A DNA stretch of 64,000 bases from Ginglymostoma cirratum (Eukaryota). The notes beneath the pieces were generated by a model, which worked only from the letters and a program-made list of their open reading frames with translations, was not told the DNA's origin and searched no databases. The first letter of the stretch is position 1. The number at the start of each line of letters is the position of its first letter. This document shows, piece after piece, positions 25,905 to 38,870 of this stretch. The DNA lies in NCBI GenBank assembly GCA_024137785.1, contig JAHRHZ010000108.1, forward strand, positions 4,815,505-4,879,504, in the 5' to 3' direction. The position numbers were made by a program, and so were the translations under genes.

Positions 25905-28099
25905 GAATTCAATCACGATGCATTTACCAATGGCATTTACAATTTAAAACATTAACTTTACATGTTTTGCAAGCATTAGGTCTGCATTGTTAAAGGTAAT
26001 ACTTATGACCCGATTTGAACAGATAAGAATGTTTATATTCATAAAGGCACAGTGCTACCTTTGTACATGCCTCAGCTCATACCTCTTCGCATACCAGCAA
26101 TAAGGCAACAATTCTTTATAATTGGAACCAGTAGATTTGCGAAATTCTCGTGCAACATCATTCACTATAGCCATTTTCAATGCAAAAAGTTGACAAAAGA
26201 AAATTATTTCTGGAAGTTCTGTCTTTATTTCAAGTTAGAAATCTGAAACACAAATAAAAAAATGGAGAAACACAGTAGAGTTGAAGAACCGCCATATCAG
26301 ACTTGGAAAGTTAACATTGTTTTTGTCCATATAGATGTTGTCAAACCTGATGGGGTGTTCCAGCAATTTCTATTCTTGTTTTAGTTCAAATTTCCGGTAT
26401 GTACAGTATTGAGACGCAGTCTGGGAATTAAACGCCAACTGTGGAGACTAACCACAACCCTTATCCTTTTCAATTCACTTTCTGTTTTTACCACTAGGAG
26501 TTACCACACAAGTGATCTTGACTCAAAGCTGAGACAAATCTGCAAATCTCACAGTAAGTTTGAGTTGTTGTTATATTTTCAGTCAATGCAGTCCTTATCA
26601 TGTGATTTTAATTTCTTCTCGAGTTAAAACAAAAATCGGAAAAATGAGAAGCGCTGTAAATGACTGAAGCACAGAAAAGGTGACAAATTGCATCTGTTCA
26701 CTGTCAGTCTGCTCACTGTTCATTTCAGCAGCAACAGAAGCTCATAGTTTTATTAATGCACGTTAGCCATTACTTATAATGTTAAAGAGTGACTAATTGC
26801 AAGATGTGCACCAAAACACAGTCAAAGGATACAGTAATTGAAACAGACTGCTTAGAGATTCGCTTTGTATCAGTTTTCTGATAATGGAGGAAGTACCCAG
26901 TGAGACGAGAAAACTGAAGCTCAGTGTGGTAATGGTGAAATTTCTCTTTCCCCATTAAATCGGGAAAAGAGAGTGGTGACATGTTTAATATTCAAATCCC
27001 ATTGATTGGCTTTCCCCACTTCCCGTTTTTAAGTACGTGCCTGCAAATTAGTGAGTTTTCTGAAAAAAAAATCTCCACTACTACATTCCGACTTTCACTT
27101 AACGAACACTTTGTCAGCATTCAGGAGATGTTCACTCTGAAACCGAGGATAATGGGAAAAATTGATGACATGCCATTCTCTGGGTGTGTGCCTCTTCTCT
27201 TTCCATTGTCCTTGGGTGGACAAATTTCTGTGTTACCAATGTGGTTCAGTGAGCATCTTTTTACATGTGAAACTTTAGTCACATTCTCTGCATTGTGTAA
27301 CACTGAAATGTTCCACAGGAAAGAAATATCGGTTTTAAATGGATGCAAGAGGAGACTTGCCTCTTCCATTGCGGGCATTCTGTGAGATAGTGACTTGAGT
27401 GAAACTCAATATCTGAGGCTTCTTGACAGAGTAAATGTGGAAAGGATGGTTTATCCAGTGGGATAACGTAGAATTGGAAGTGACTCATCAGAAATAAGGG
27501 CACGCCTATGTATAATCGAGATAGCGTGAGATTTAATCTCACACATGTCCCTAAAACTTCATAACTTTCTGACTGAAAAGGTACAGACGATACATACATC
27601 AAATATTAAAACAAAACATAGGTTGGATTTTTGCTGAACGAAGGACAAAACATTATGAACCGAAAGTTGGATAGTGATTTTGTGGTTATAATCAGATCCA
27701 GTTTCGATGGGCCAAATGGCCCACTGCTATGCCCTTTTAATTTGTTCAAATGTTCTGGTCTTCATCTAAAATTGAGACTTTTTATTCTTGTAGCTGTATT
27801 CCAAATAAGATGGTGTTACAAGAGGAAACATCTTGTAACTGTACACCTATTTATGTCTCGTTCAGGAGAGAACGGGTTTCAATGGGATCACATCCCATTC
27901 TTCCAAACACCAAATGTGCATCATCAAAATGTGTGTCCTCATGTGATAAGTTTTTGTACCCAAAAAATAGTTAACTGAAACTTCATCAACCGTCTAAAAG
28001 TCTTGAAATTCTGGGGAAAATCAATTGGTATGGCAAGATGTGTGAAAAAAGTTAACATTTTGAATGCAATTACGCACCTTCTAACAAATTTAAATTTCT

Positions 28100-31000
28100 T
28101 GTGACCATGCTGTCATGTTAAGAGATTATGTGGCCCTTTTTACTACGAAGGTAAATCGTAAGGCAGAGGGACAAGCTGCCTACTGACAACCGTTCCAGTA
28201 AGCAGTTTATAAGACCTTAGTTTCCCTGAAAGAGCATGGCGACCTCTCACTGATCCAGATTTCTGGCTTTTGGTTTATTAAGTAACACCAGAGCTATTGG
28301 GGTTGCAACAGAACTGGAAGCTTTAGTAAATGTCTCATGGTTACTACTCACTGTGGATTTTCTCTTGACGTTTTTCTTCTTCCTGGATTGGAGAACTGCA
28401 TATGACAATCTGTGTTTGAATATGCATTTTTTTTGCCAAGTGGCGCATTTATGAGAGTTTACTATATTGGAACAGTTAATTAGTAACAGTTACTGTATCT
28501 ATTGTTCTGTTAAGTTTTTCAAGGGAGTTAAGTTATCCAAATCTCCTCTTTCTTTGACTATATTTTAACGACTGTGTCGAACTAAATTATCTCTTCCTTA
28601 GTATCGAGTGGTTGGATCAGTGGCAATGCATCTGGCACAGAATCTTCACATTTTCCGTTAAACGTGATGAAAAAATATAGTGTCTATTCTACTTCCGTGA
28701 AATATTTTGAAGAGGATTTGTCTGGTCCATAATAAACTAGAAGCTCTTGTCGTGATCAAAATCCCTAATTCCAGGTTGTGTTTATGCTTCTTGCACTCAA
28801 AGTTGGTGAGTGGTAGATGTTGCTGTCTTTGGTTTTGGGTGTTGAATTCGTTTGATTTAAACAGGGCATGTCCTGTGTAGTAATGTCTCTATCGGTGGCG
28901 AAGAGTTTTCTGGGAGTGGTTGAAGTCAATGCAGGAATTTTACAGAAAGTGAACAAAGCAAAACTGTTGGAATTGACGGTCCGGCTGGAGTTGACTTTTC
29001 CTTTGTCCGTGTGAAGGGAAGTTATTTGTAACAGTAGCTCTGCATTATGATTTCCAGAAATGCCATCAAAATTGCATTAGAAATGATTAAATTTCATATG
29101 GAAATAGAGCAGCTTGAACATGTAAAGGAATTGAAAAGTTTTGAATTACGACTAAAATCAGAGGCAGAAAAACAGGACAGAATTGCACAAACATGGGAAA
29201 GCAGAAAGAGAGATAATTCAGACTTTAGAAGTTTGCAGTTGGAGAGGAAAGTCGACTTAAAAGGCTGGAGTTGAAGGTAGAATTTAGACTTAGTGAGGAG
29301 GATAGCGATTATGAGCAAACCCATTGTAGCCCAAAGTCTTTTGGAGCTCTGTTTCATTGTGTCTAAGAGTTTTCCAAATTCAGCCAGAAGGATGTAGAAG
29401 CCTTTTTCATTATATTTTAGAAAGTGGATAAACAAATGAAATAGCTGGTGAATTTGTGGACTTTGTTAACTCGAACAAGGTTAGTAAGTACAGCAAGTGA
29501 CGTATTGTCATCACTGTAGTGGAGGAATCTGGAGAGTTTAAAGTGGAAAACTTTCATCTTACGTGCAAATGAGCCACTGCGAGAATTTTACAGGCAATGT
29601 TTCAGGAATCTATGGAAGAAATTTATCACATCTATGCTGAGTTTGGAAGAATAAAGAAAAATAATTTCGATAGGTCGATAAGGGAATTGAAAACAGAACA
29701 AACAGATGACACTGTTAGAGAGGCTATTATTTTGGATGAGTTCAAAACATTTAGTTTCTGAAGCAGTGACAACCCATATGGAAGAGCAGAGAGATAAAGC
29801 TGCAAGAGAAACAGCTTCAATGGCCCATGATTACGCATTGGTTAATAAATCGATGTTGGGTTCTGACATCACTTTCAATCTGTGAGGGACAGAAATTGTG
29901 GAAAAGAGAACTCCTTAGGTAGTAAGGAAAAGGAGATATTATTTAGATAACTATAGTAGTTTACCACTGGATAAAAAGGAAACCCATGCACCGAAAAGGG
30001 ATGTAAAAAAGCTCAGAGATAGTTGGAACTGCCGATGCTGGAGAATCTGAGATAACAAGGTGTAGAGTTGGATGAACACAGCAGGCCAAGCAGTATCAGA
30101 GAAGCAGGAAAGCTGACGTTTCGGGTCTGAACCCTTCTTCCGAAATGGGGGAGGGGAAGATGATTCTGAAATAATTAGAGAGAGAGGTGGAAGCGGATGG
30201 AAAATGGATAAAGGAGCAGATAGTTGGAGAGGAGGCGGATTGGTCAAGGAGGTGGGGATGGACCCAGTAAAGGTGAGTGTAGGTGGGGAGTTAGGGTGGT
30301 GTCAATGTGGACTTCACAAGCTTCAAAGTGGTGTCCAAGCCTCTGCCTGGTTTCCAAGATGTAGAGGAGGCCACATCGGGAGCAACGGATACAATCTTCC
30401 ACATTAGCAGATGTGCAGATGAACATCTGTTTGATGTGGAAGATTTTCTTGGGGCCTGGGTTAGGGGTGAGGGGAGAGGTGTACGGGCAGGTACAGCACT
30501 TTCTGCGTTTGCAGGGAAAGGTGCTGGGGGTGGTGGGGCTTGGAGACTGCTTCGTGGAACACCTACGCTCGGTTCACGACAAATGACTGCACTTCACAGT
30601 CGAGATAACACAGTTGTGTGGTGTACATCGATGATCTGGTGATTTTCAGTCACACATGCAAAGAAGATTTTCAGAATCTGCTGGCATTGTCACATCGACT
30701 TCAGGATTCAGGTTTAGTAATAAATCTGGGTGAGAGTGAATTTGGAGAAGCCCGAGTTACAGTCCTGTGCCATGTTGTTGGACATGGGCAGTTAACACTG
30801 CCGGGGATGTGCAAACAAAAGTTATTGGCGAATTTTCCTTACTATCGAAGAAGAGGTCAGTGCTATGTTTCCTGGGATTGAATGGATTTTCTCAGAAGTA
30901 ACATACTGAAGTTTAGCAATCTGGTTGCTCCACTGACTGACGTATTGAAGAAGTGCAGGTACTTTCAGTGGATGCTGGACTGTCAGAAGTAATGTGAGCC

Positions 31001-32134
31001 TGAAAGCTGGTTAAGCACGGCCTCAGTGCTACTCACACTTAATTGCATAAAGCTTTACAATGTGGCTATCGATGCGAGTGTTTTGGGCGTTGATAGCATA
31101 CTGTAACAAGAAGACGATGTGAAGAAGGCAAGACCAGTTTGGTACTTTTCCAGAAAATTGAATAATCATCAACAGAAATATTCCACATTTGAGAAGGAAG
31201 CCTTGAGCTTGGTGTTTGTGTTACAACATTTCAAAATTTAAATTGCCAGTAAAGTATCTGAGAGAATTCTATATACTGATCGTACACCATTAAAGATTTT
31301 GTAAAAAGTTAAACACAAAATTTCCAGATTGTTTAGATGGAGTTTATTATTGCAGTCATTCAGTGTCTAAGTTATACACGTGGCAGGACGAAAGAAAGCA
31401 ATTGCTCACTCTTTATCGTGACTTTAATGAAGAAAGACAGAAGTTTTCAATGGTGTGTTTGCATGTTTTGAGTCAATGTAATGTTTGTGCATTACAGTGG
31501 ATTTATAGACTATGACTCAGAAATTTTTTAGACGAAATCATCTTTGTATGTTGAGTTTTCTTAGGCGGGAGGCGTGACGATGGCGTCACTTTAAAAGGTT
31601 AATTTGTCCTTGTTTGAAGAGAAGTTGTAAATCAGAAGCGAGTAACTTGCTATTGAAAAGGACCTTAGTGAGCAGTTTGGGCAGCTTTCGTGTTTTTTTC
31701 TGCAGCCTGAATGGATATGGCCAACTCTCACAGATTAAGATTCATGTAATTGTTTCTTTTGTCTGTAGCATCAGAAGCTATTGGGGTCCGAATAGAGTTG
31801 GAAGCTTTTGTAACTGCCTCCTGGCTACTGCTCTCTTTGAATTTTCTCTTGATGTTTTTCGCTTCCTTGATTGGAGAACTGCATGTGAGCACTTGTCTCT
31901 GAATATACCTATTTGCCAAGGGTTGCGTTAATGGGATTGTACTATATTGGATATTTAATGAATAATAGTTACTGTAACTAATATTCTGTTCAGTTTTACA
32001 ATGGATTTTAACGATTCCAAATTCAGCTTTCTTTAGTTGTATTTTAAATAAATTGTTTAAATAAGTCGCGTTTTTTGTTTATTAACATCCAGTGGTTTGT
32101 CCATTTTGACAGGGTCTGCTTCTGGTCGGGAACA
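28100..32134 (+). mobile_element. Degraded Gypsy LTR retrotransposon, Gmr1-like (gag with SCAN-like region; RT and RNase H; central deletion)
   Basis: Diverged LTRs at ~28100-28734 and ~31573-32134 share ttggagaactgcat...tttgccaag...actatattgga...gttactgta. Gag remnants: DVEAFF, YRQ.FRN, REAIILDEFK. RT VYIDDLVIFS; RNase H AIDAS and YFSRKLNNHQQKYST.EKEAL. A purine tract precedes the 3' LTR. Confidence 0.75.
30020..30580 (-). mobile_element. Penelope-like 3' end (GIY-YIG plus pLTR with hammerhead) nested in the Gypsy element
   Basis: ORF 30244-30426 reads FICTSANV..CIRCSRCGLLYI.ETRQRLG. Hammerhead-like CGGAAGAAGGGTTCAGACCCGAAACGTC at 30115-30142 (-). Short inverted plus-strand piece at ~30542-30577. 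Confidence 0.8.
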
Positions 32135-32494
32135 CCTTGCAGATGCTGGAAACCTGTAACAAACACAGAAAATGCTACAGAAACTGAAGAGGGTCGGCGC
32201 CATCTATGGAAAGAGAAATCGAATTAACTTTTCCAGTCCAGTATAACTGTTCTCCAGAAATGCTGAGTTTATTCCGTAATCTCTGTGTTTATAAGACTAA
32301 TCTTTAGTGTTGAAAAAGCAGTGCATTTGCTTGATATCTCTCAGTTCCTCATGGGTCTTATTCAGATAGCCTAATATTGGAGATCAATGCTCAAATCTCT
32401 AATCAATTTTCACCGTCAGATAGCAAGTCTGAGTTTGAAAGGGAACTAATTGATTGTAGCAATGTTGAAGATCGCCGGTGCCACTTGATATGGT

Positions 32495-32730
32495 AAAAAC
32501 CAAAAGAACTGCGGGTGCTGTAAATCAGGAACAAAAACAAAGTTGCTGGAAAACGTCAGCAGGTCTGGCAGCATCTGTGGTGGAGAAAACAAAGTTAACT
32601 TTTCGGGTCCAGTGACCTTTCCTCAGAACGGTTCTGAGGAAGATCACCGGACCTGAAACATTAACTCTGTTTTCTCCTCCACAGATGCTGCCAGATCTGC
32701 TGAGCTTTTCCAGCAACTTTGTTTTTGTTC
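32495..32730. mobile_element. Fold-back Penelope pLTR-derived insertion with 14-bp direct flanking repeat
   Basis: ~100-bp inverted arms 32528-32629 and 32631-32731. CCACTTGATATGGT occurs at 32481-32494 and 32730-32743. Confidence 0.85.
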
Positions 32731-33476
32731 CACTTGATATGGTGACTGGCTGGAGTGAATCTACTTCCATGGTGAATGGAATTACCTAATCTGAAATTAT
32801 TTGCAGAATGTAAATTTCCTCCGTGAAACTGGTTTGTGCTGAATTCACAGATTAACTGAGTAGATTAAATTGATATTGAATACATCTCTGCTGAACTGGG
32901 CGTGATATGCTTCACATGAGAATGCAACATGTGACCAAGCTTCATTTAATATAGAGCCTGGCCTTGTGCAAGTATCCTGATATATATGTGCCATTGCACA
33001 TAGACCATGTCAGTCCATTAATGGAACGGTCCGCAGTGATAGTATAGAAAATGTAATGTTAACATTGATATACTGTTTCAGGTAAGCTTATTGTTGAATC
33101 TGATTAGCGCTTGGAAGAAGACAGCATTTGCCAACAGTAAAAATGTGACTGGGCTTCCCAAGGACAGTTGGGATTTTTGTGTTTGTTGTTCCCTGAATGA
33201 CATTAAAATCCGGGTTAAAAATTTGAAACTGCAATCATTCCGGCCTCTGTATGTATTTCACCTCAGAAAGTAATCAGATTGCATTAAGTAGGGGGATAAA
33301 GCCATTATTTTGTTCCATTAAAAAGGTACATAGCTGACGGAAAGCAGGCACACCAATCTGTTTTTGGAAAATAATTACATTGAAAAGTTTCATCCATCTA
33401 ATGAATGGCTGTCATCATGTACATTTGCAAACATTCTTTATTTAATTGAGTAATGTACTCAAAGCCTTTGATACAA

Positions 33477-33542
33477 ATGCATAGAATACCAAAGGGTAAA
33501 TGTTTGCCATTTACTATCCTGTCATTGCGTCATTAGTTTCAG
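33477..33542 (+). pseudogene. GPR139-like pseudogene, exon 1
   Basis: atgcatagaatacc...tgtttgccatttactatcctgtcattgc...ttcag aligns with exon 1 of the intact gene. It is 66 nt (frameshifted) with a non-GT donor. Confidence 0.7.
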
Positions 33543-34219
33543 GCAATTGTCAGAATTAGAGATTAGCTGCATGAAATGGCGTCGAGCCGTTGCAGTTCTC
33601 CCATTTCAACAATAACTCTACTCTTTGCTACGGATTTTTGAAACTACTTTGCTGGTAGTTCCGTAGTTCTTTTCTTCCCTTCCCCCCACCACCCCCTTGC
33701 CTGTAACTGACCATATTTCTCTTATTCTACCGTGGAGTTTTCCTACATTTAAAGTAATAATTCAGCATTTCAGATGTTGATGTCTTCTGAGCATAACAAT
33801 GTTAATGTTAAAATTCTCCAGTTTAACACTGTAATTTCTGACCTTTCCCAGTCTTTACCAGACATTTTATTTACAATTTCAGCTTTTTAATGTCACGTAA
33901 CCTTGTGACAAGTAGTACTTTATTATGTTAATTATGTGATAGAACGCAGTTTCTTATACGATTTCCACACAAAATCTAGTTCCATTGCATTGTTGCCAAT
34001 TTCCACAATCAACAATTGGTGATTGTGTCATTCTGATGACGATGAAATCCTATTGTTTTATTGAAAATGCTGAAGTCAGTTAGTTAGTGTATTATTGTGG
34101 ATGGATTTTGCTGTAAAAGCAGTTTTGTTGCGCAATTTGCATTTAGAGAATTATTGAACTATTGTCAAAGCTTAATTTGAGTATTTGGCTCTGTTATTAG
34201 TGGGAATTTATCGTACTCA

Positions 34220-35540
34220 AAGTTTTGGCAAAGATTTGCAGCTCGGGTTGTGGGTGAGGTTGTTGACTTGTTCACCGAGCTGGCTTGTTCTCATTCAGAT
34301 GTTTCATCACCATGTTAGGTGACATCATCAGTGTATCCTCCGATGAAGCAGTGTTACTCTACTCCACGTCAAATTTATACTGTTGGGTCCGTTGTGTTGC
34401 GTAGTGTCATTTCCGGTTTTGAGCTGCTTGGGTTTTTATATAGGGTCCAATTTTATGTGTTTGTTGATTACATTACCCATGCATCTGGGAATCCCTGCGC
34501 GTTCTATGTTTGGCTTAGGCTAATATGGTTATGTTGTTCAATTGAAACGGATGGCCTTCATTGTCGGAGTGTCCTGATGCTAAGGCGAGTTTGCCATGCC
34601 GTTTTGCTGCTAGTTGATGCTCATATATTCTGATGGCTAGTTTCCTTCTTGTCTGTCTGATGTAGTGTTTGTGGCAGTCGTTGCATGGTATTTTGTAAAC
34701 CACGTTATTTCTGGATGTTGTTGGAATAGCGTCTTTAATCCTTGTAAGTGTTTGTCATAGAGTGACTGTGGGATTGTGGGTCACCATAATTATCAGTAGT
34801 CTTAGGAGTCTTGTTGTCAGTTCCAATACGTTCTTCATGTATGGCAATGTGGCCAATGTGTTAGGGTGTATTGTGTCCTCCTGTTGTGGTCTGTTTAGTA
34901 GGCAACTGCGGATGAAATTGCGGGGTAATCCGTTTGTAGCGAGGATTTTGTATAGGTGCTCTTCCTCTTTCCGGCGTAGTTCCGGGGTGTTGCAGTGTGT
35001 GCTGGCGGGTTTCAGTACTGTCCTAACGCAGTTTCGTTGGTGGGTGTTGGGGTAGTTACAGTGGAAATTGTGGATTTGATCAGTATGGGTTGCTTTTCAG
35101 TCTACTGAGTTTTGGAACTCCCCATTAATCATGCTCTCAACTTTAACATCCAGATACGGAAGCTGATTATTGTTTTAGTCTATCTTTGAGAATTTAATCC
35201 CTGCAGATACGCTATTGTGGGTCTAAGGTGGGTCTCTTCTAATTTGCTACGCAATAATAGCAACCGCAGCCAAACATGGGCACGCACGAGAATTCCTAGA
35301 GGCATGGTTCTCTACTAGTAATGCAATCAACAAACACATAGAATTGGACCCCAAATGCAAACCCATACAGCTCAAAACGGGAAATTACTCTACTCACTAC
35401 AACGGACTAAACAGTATAAATTACAAACATAGTAGAATAACACTGCTTCATGGAGGATCCACTGACGATGTCACCTAGCATGGTGACGAAACGTCTGAAC
35501 GAGAACAAGCCAGCTCGGCTAGTAAGTCAACAACTTCATT
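34220..35540. mobile_element. Penelope-like element: minus-strand body (34220-35250) plus inverted plus-strand 3' copy (35260-35540)
   Basis: ORF 34515-34703 reads VYKIPCNDCHKHYI.QTRRKLAIRIYEHQLA (GIY-YIG). Both ends carry the same hammerhead-containing terminus in opposite orientations. Confidence 0.85.
35456..35500 (+). ncRNA. Minimal type I hammerhead ribozyme (Penelope-associated)
   Basis: CTGACGA-T-GTCACC-tagcat-GGTGAC-GAAA-CGTC: complete catalytic core, 6-bp stem II, palindromic ACGT stem III and GUC cleavage triplet. Confidence 0.75.
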
Positions 35541-36069
35541 TAAGGTACTGCCATCGTTGCACATATATCGATCTACTATGTTATTGGCACTATTACTAAT
35601 GATAACTTGTCACACTACTATCACCGTACATTCTATTTATCGTCTTGTTAGCAATGTGCAATTGGTTTCATTGAAAGAAAATTACCAGTACATGAATATG
35701 AATTAACTGCCTTTTCGCCAAAATTAATGTTAAACATGATCACACTATTATTTCAAACAAAATATGGATCAGTGATGTATTGTCTCTGCTCCGTGTTGAA
35801 TTTATTGCATTATTATCATGGTGTTGAGGTATATTTATTGTGTTGCTCAGTTGAAAGTTGAATAACTCCCAGAAATTATTGATTTATTTGAAGGTTTCAA
35901 CCATTTTGGCATCTCTGAACTTAACAAATTAATTTCTTGTCGAGTCACTAACACTCAGGAGATACTGACAGCATCATACACAGCTTGTCGTTTGCTTTTT
36001 GAATACTCTGAACTCACAAAACACACAGATAATTTTGTCAATTTTTCCTATTGTTCATTTCGGAAACGT

Positions 36070-37160
36070 TGGGAGCTGTTGGCTGGGATAACATTTTTAC
36101 TCCCGTCTTTGTTGTCTTTTAGAAGTTGGTGGTGAGGTGACTTCTTTAAAGACTGCAGTCTGCGTGCTGTAGGTTGAACCACCATTTCCCTTAGGGAGGA
36201 ATTTCATCCAGCAACTCTTAAGGAACAGCGATATATTTCCATGTGGTGATTGGTTCGTAGGGGTACATGCAGGTAGCGGTGTTTCTGTGTATCTGTTGCC
36301 GTTGACTTTCCAGATGGAAATGTCTGGGTGTATGGAAGATGCTGTCAAATGATATATTGTAGTGTATCGGTAGTATTCACTGCTGTTACTGACTGTCGCT
36401 GGTGGAGAGATAGAATGCTTGTGGATTTGGTCCAATCAAGCAGGCAACCTTGTCCTTCAGGATATCAAACTTCTTGAGTGCTGTTGGATCTGAACCAATC
36501 CAGGCAAGTAGGGATTACAAAATAATGCTGCTGACCTATGCCTTTTAGATGCTGGAGAGTCTTTGGGAAATCAGGAAGTGAGTTGCCCGCCACAATTTCC
36601 AGCCTCTGTCCTGCTCTTTTCACCATTGTGTTTAATGTAGTGAGTCAATTTAACGGTATCCCTCAGCATGTTGCTATTAAGGATTCAGGAATGGAAACGC
36701 CATTGGATATCAACGGGTTGTGGCTAGATTATTTTCTATTGGAGATGGCCATTGTCTGTTAGTTGTGTGTCGCAAATATTACTTGCCATTTATCGGCGCA
36801 AGCCTGGATATTATGAAGATCTTGTTGTCATTAAACAGGGACTCCTTCAGTATCAGACGAAAAGTGACTAGTGTTGAACATAGTGCAATCATCAGCAAGC
36901 ATCCCCATTTCCGATTTTAAGATGAATCAAGGTTGTTGATGAAGGTGGTGGGCCTAGGCTACTACTCTGATGATCTCGGTCAAGGAAGTCCTGGCATTGA
37001 CATGAGTGACCTCCAATAAACACGACCAACTTCCGATGTGTCTGGTATGATTCCATCCAGAGATGAGTTTTGCTCTGATACACATTGATACTAGTTTTCC
37101 GAGGGTTTACTTAAAGCCACACTCGCTCGATTGCAGCCTTGAGGTCAAGGGCTGTCACTG
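36070..37160 (-). mobile_element. Old CR1/L2-clade LINE 3' portion
   Basis: Reverse complement includes a decayed QSSSLGP RT motif and the same 3' tail as 24290-24625. Confidence 0.55.
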
Positions 37161-37969
37161 TCACCAGGCATTAAACTCGTTTCTTTATGTTTGGTTTTGT
37201 TTTGTACAATGGTTTTGTTTCAAATATCTACTGCAGGATGAACACGATCAATTATTTCAGTGGCAGCGATGAAGGGATGCATTTTCTCATAAGTTCTTTC
37301 TTCAAACCAAAACTCCTCATCAGTCAGTTCCCGTGGCTGAGATCAGTAAGAAAGATCTGCGTGACTATTAGCTGAAGACCTTAATATTAGCATTGGCTTT
37401 CACTACCGAGTTAACATTTCACTTGCTAAGTCAGCAGAAGTGGGAGTTGTTCATTGACATGCTTCTCTTTCTGTTATTTCTTATCAATTTGATTGCCAAC
37501 TTTCTCAGAAATGAATAATTCCCCAGCTCATCTTTGTGCAGAGTCACAGAGGATTCACATTAAGGTGTAAAACTAGTCTTGGTAGTTTAGAGTAGTAATG
37601 TTATTTGGTTTGGTAAGCATATTTTCCAGTATTAATTTGCTGCTATGTTGTTGTTCGTTAGTTTTTACACGAACTCTTTGTATCTTGGAGTTTTTGAACC
37701 ATTCTTATTCTGAGTTTGTCTAACTAAAATATTCTCCATCAATATGGCAGTGATCGAAATTATTATTTCTGACATACGCTTTAAGTGTAGAAATTGTTGT
37801 TCATAGTAGAATGTGTAGATATGACCTGAACACAGTTTTGGCGATGTCAGTAAAATGGGAAATGTCGTTAGGAATTAATTCATCATCATTTATGCTCTTA
37901 GACTAGTTGACACAAATATTGCATCATTCACTATCCATCATTCTCTCTGTTTGTCCTTCTCTCCACCAG

Positions 37970-38870
37970 CTAACTTCACAGCGATTGTGATTTACTTTTT
38001 GCAGAAGATGCAGTCTATCTGAATGCATCATCTGCTACCTGTCCATAACCGTGATGGATCTCCTGGTCATAGTCAAGATTGTGACATTAAACAGAATTGT
38101 TAGGATTTATTTCCCAGTCAGTTTCCCGTCTATCACTGAAGTATGCAAGCTCCTTTGAGCTCTTTTTTTTTTAACCAGAGACGGTTTTGTGTGGATAACA
38201 GTCGCTTTCACTTGTGATAAATTTGTGGCCATCTGTTGCCAGAAGTTCAAAGTAAGATATTTCACAGGAAAGACAGCTGGATGGATGACAGGAAGCGTGT
38301 CGGTACTGTTCTGTCTATATTTAAAAAAAACTATTTTAATTTATATATAAATCTTTACAAGAGATTAATGATGTACCCTGGTTCTGCAGTGTAAAATTAA
38401 TAGTTTCCAAGTCACATGCATGGGTCCATATGACTGGTAAAGTTTCATTATAATCCTTATTCTCCCACTCATTCTGATTTTACTGCTGAGTACTTTACGT
38501 TTCAGACACATCGTAGCAGTTAATAGAGACTGCAGGAGATTCTGCTTTCAGCGTATCGGAGAGCGTCAGACTAACCCAGAGACAGAGAAGTGGAGAAAGT
38601 TCATTATTTTCCTCTTTGTGATCCCAGAAAGGTTCGTCCTCTTATATTCATTTTTTTTAATAATGATCCTACATGTGTGAATCGTAAATCTGCTTTAGTT
38701 CTCAGATTCTAATTTCACTCAATACACATTGTTTCTCGAGGAATGCAGATTTATTTTTCAACTTTTGCGTTTTTGCATGAACCTATTTGTTTAAGTTGGG
38801 ACCCACAGTAAATTCAGAACTCATATAAGTACGGGATAAAATATCTCTTGAATTTATTAACTAAGTAATT
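37970..38870 (+). pseudogene. GPR139-like pseudogene, exon 2
   Basis: Acceptor ttctctccaccag/CTAAC, then NFTAIVI..RRCSLSECIICYL, MDLLVI, IYFPVSF, VAFTCDKFVAICCQK, DVPWFC, LPLILILLL and GTHSKFR, with multiple frameshifts and stops. Confidence 0.85.

Noticed and set aside
28090-32140. TSD and PBS for the Gypsy element
   Set aside because: The flanks (TTCT vs CCTT) do not match convincingly and the PBS region is too decayed to assign.
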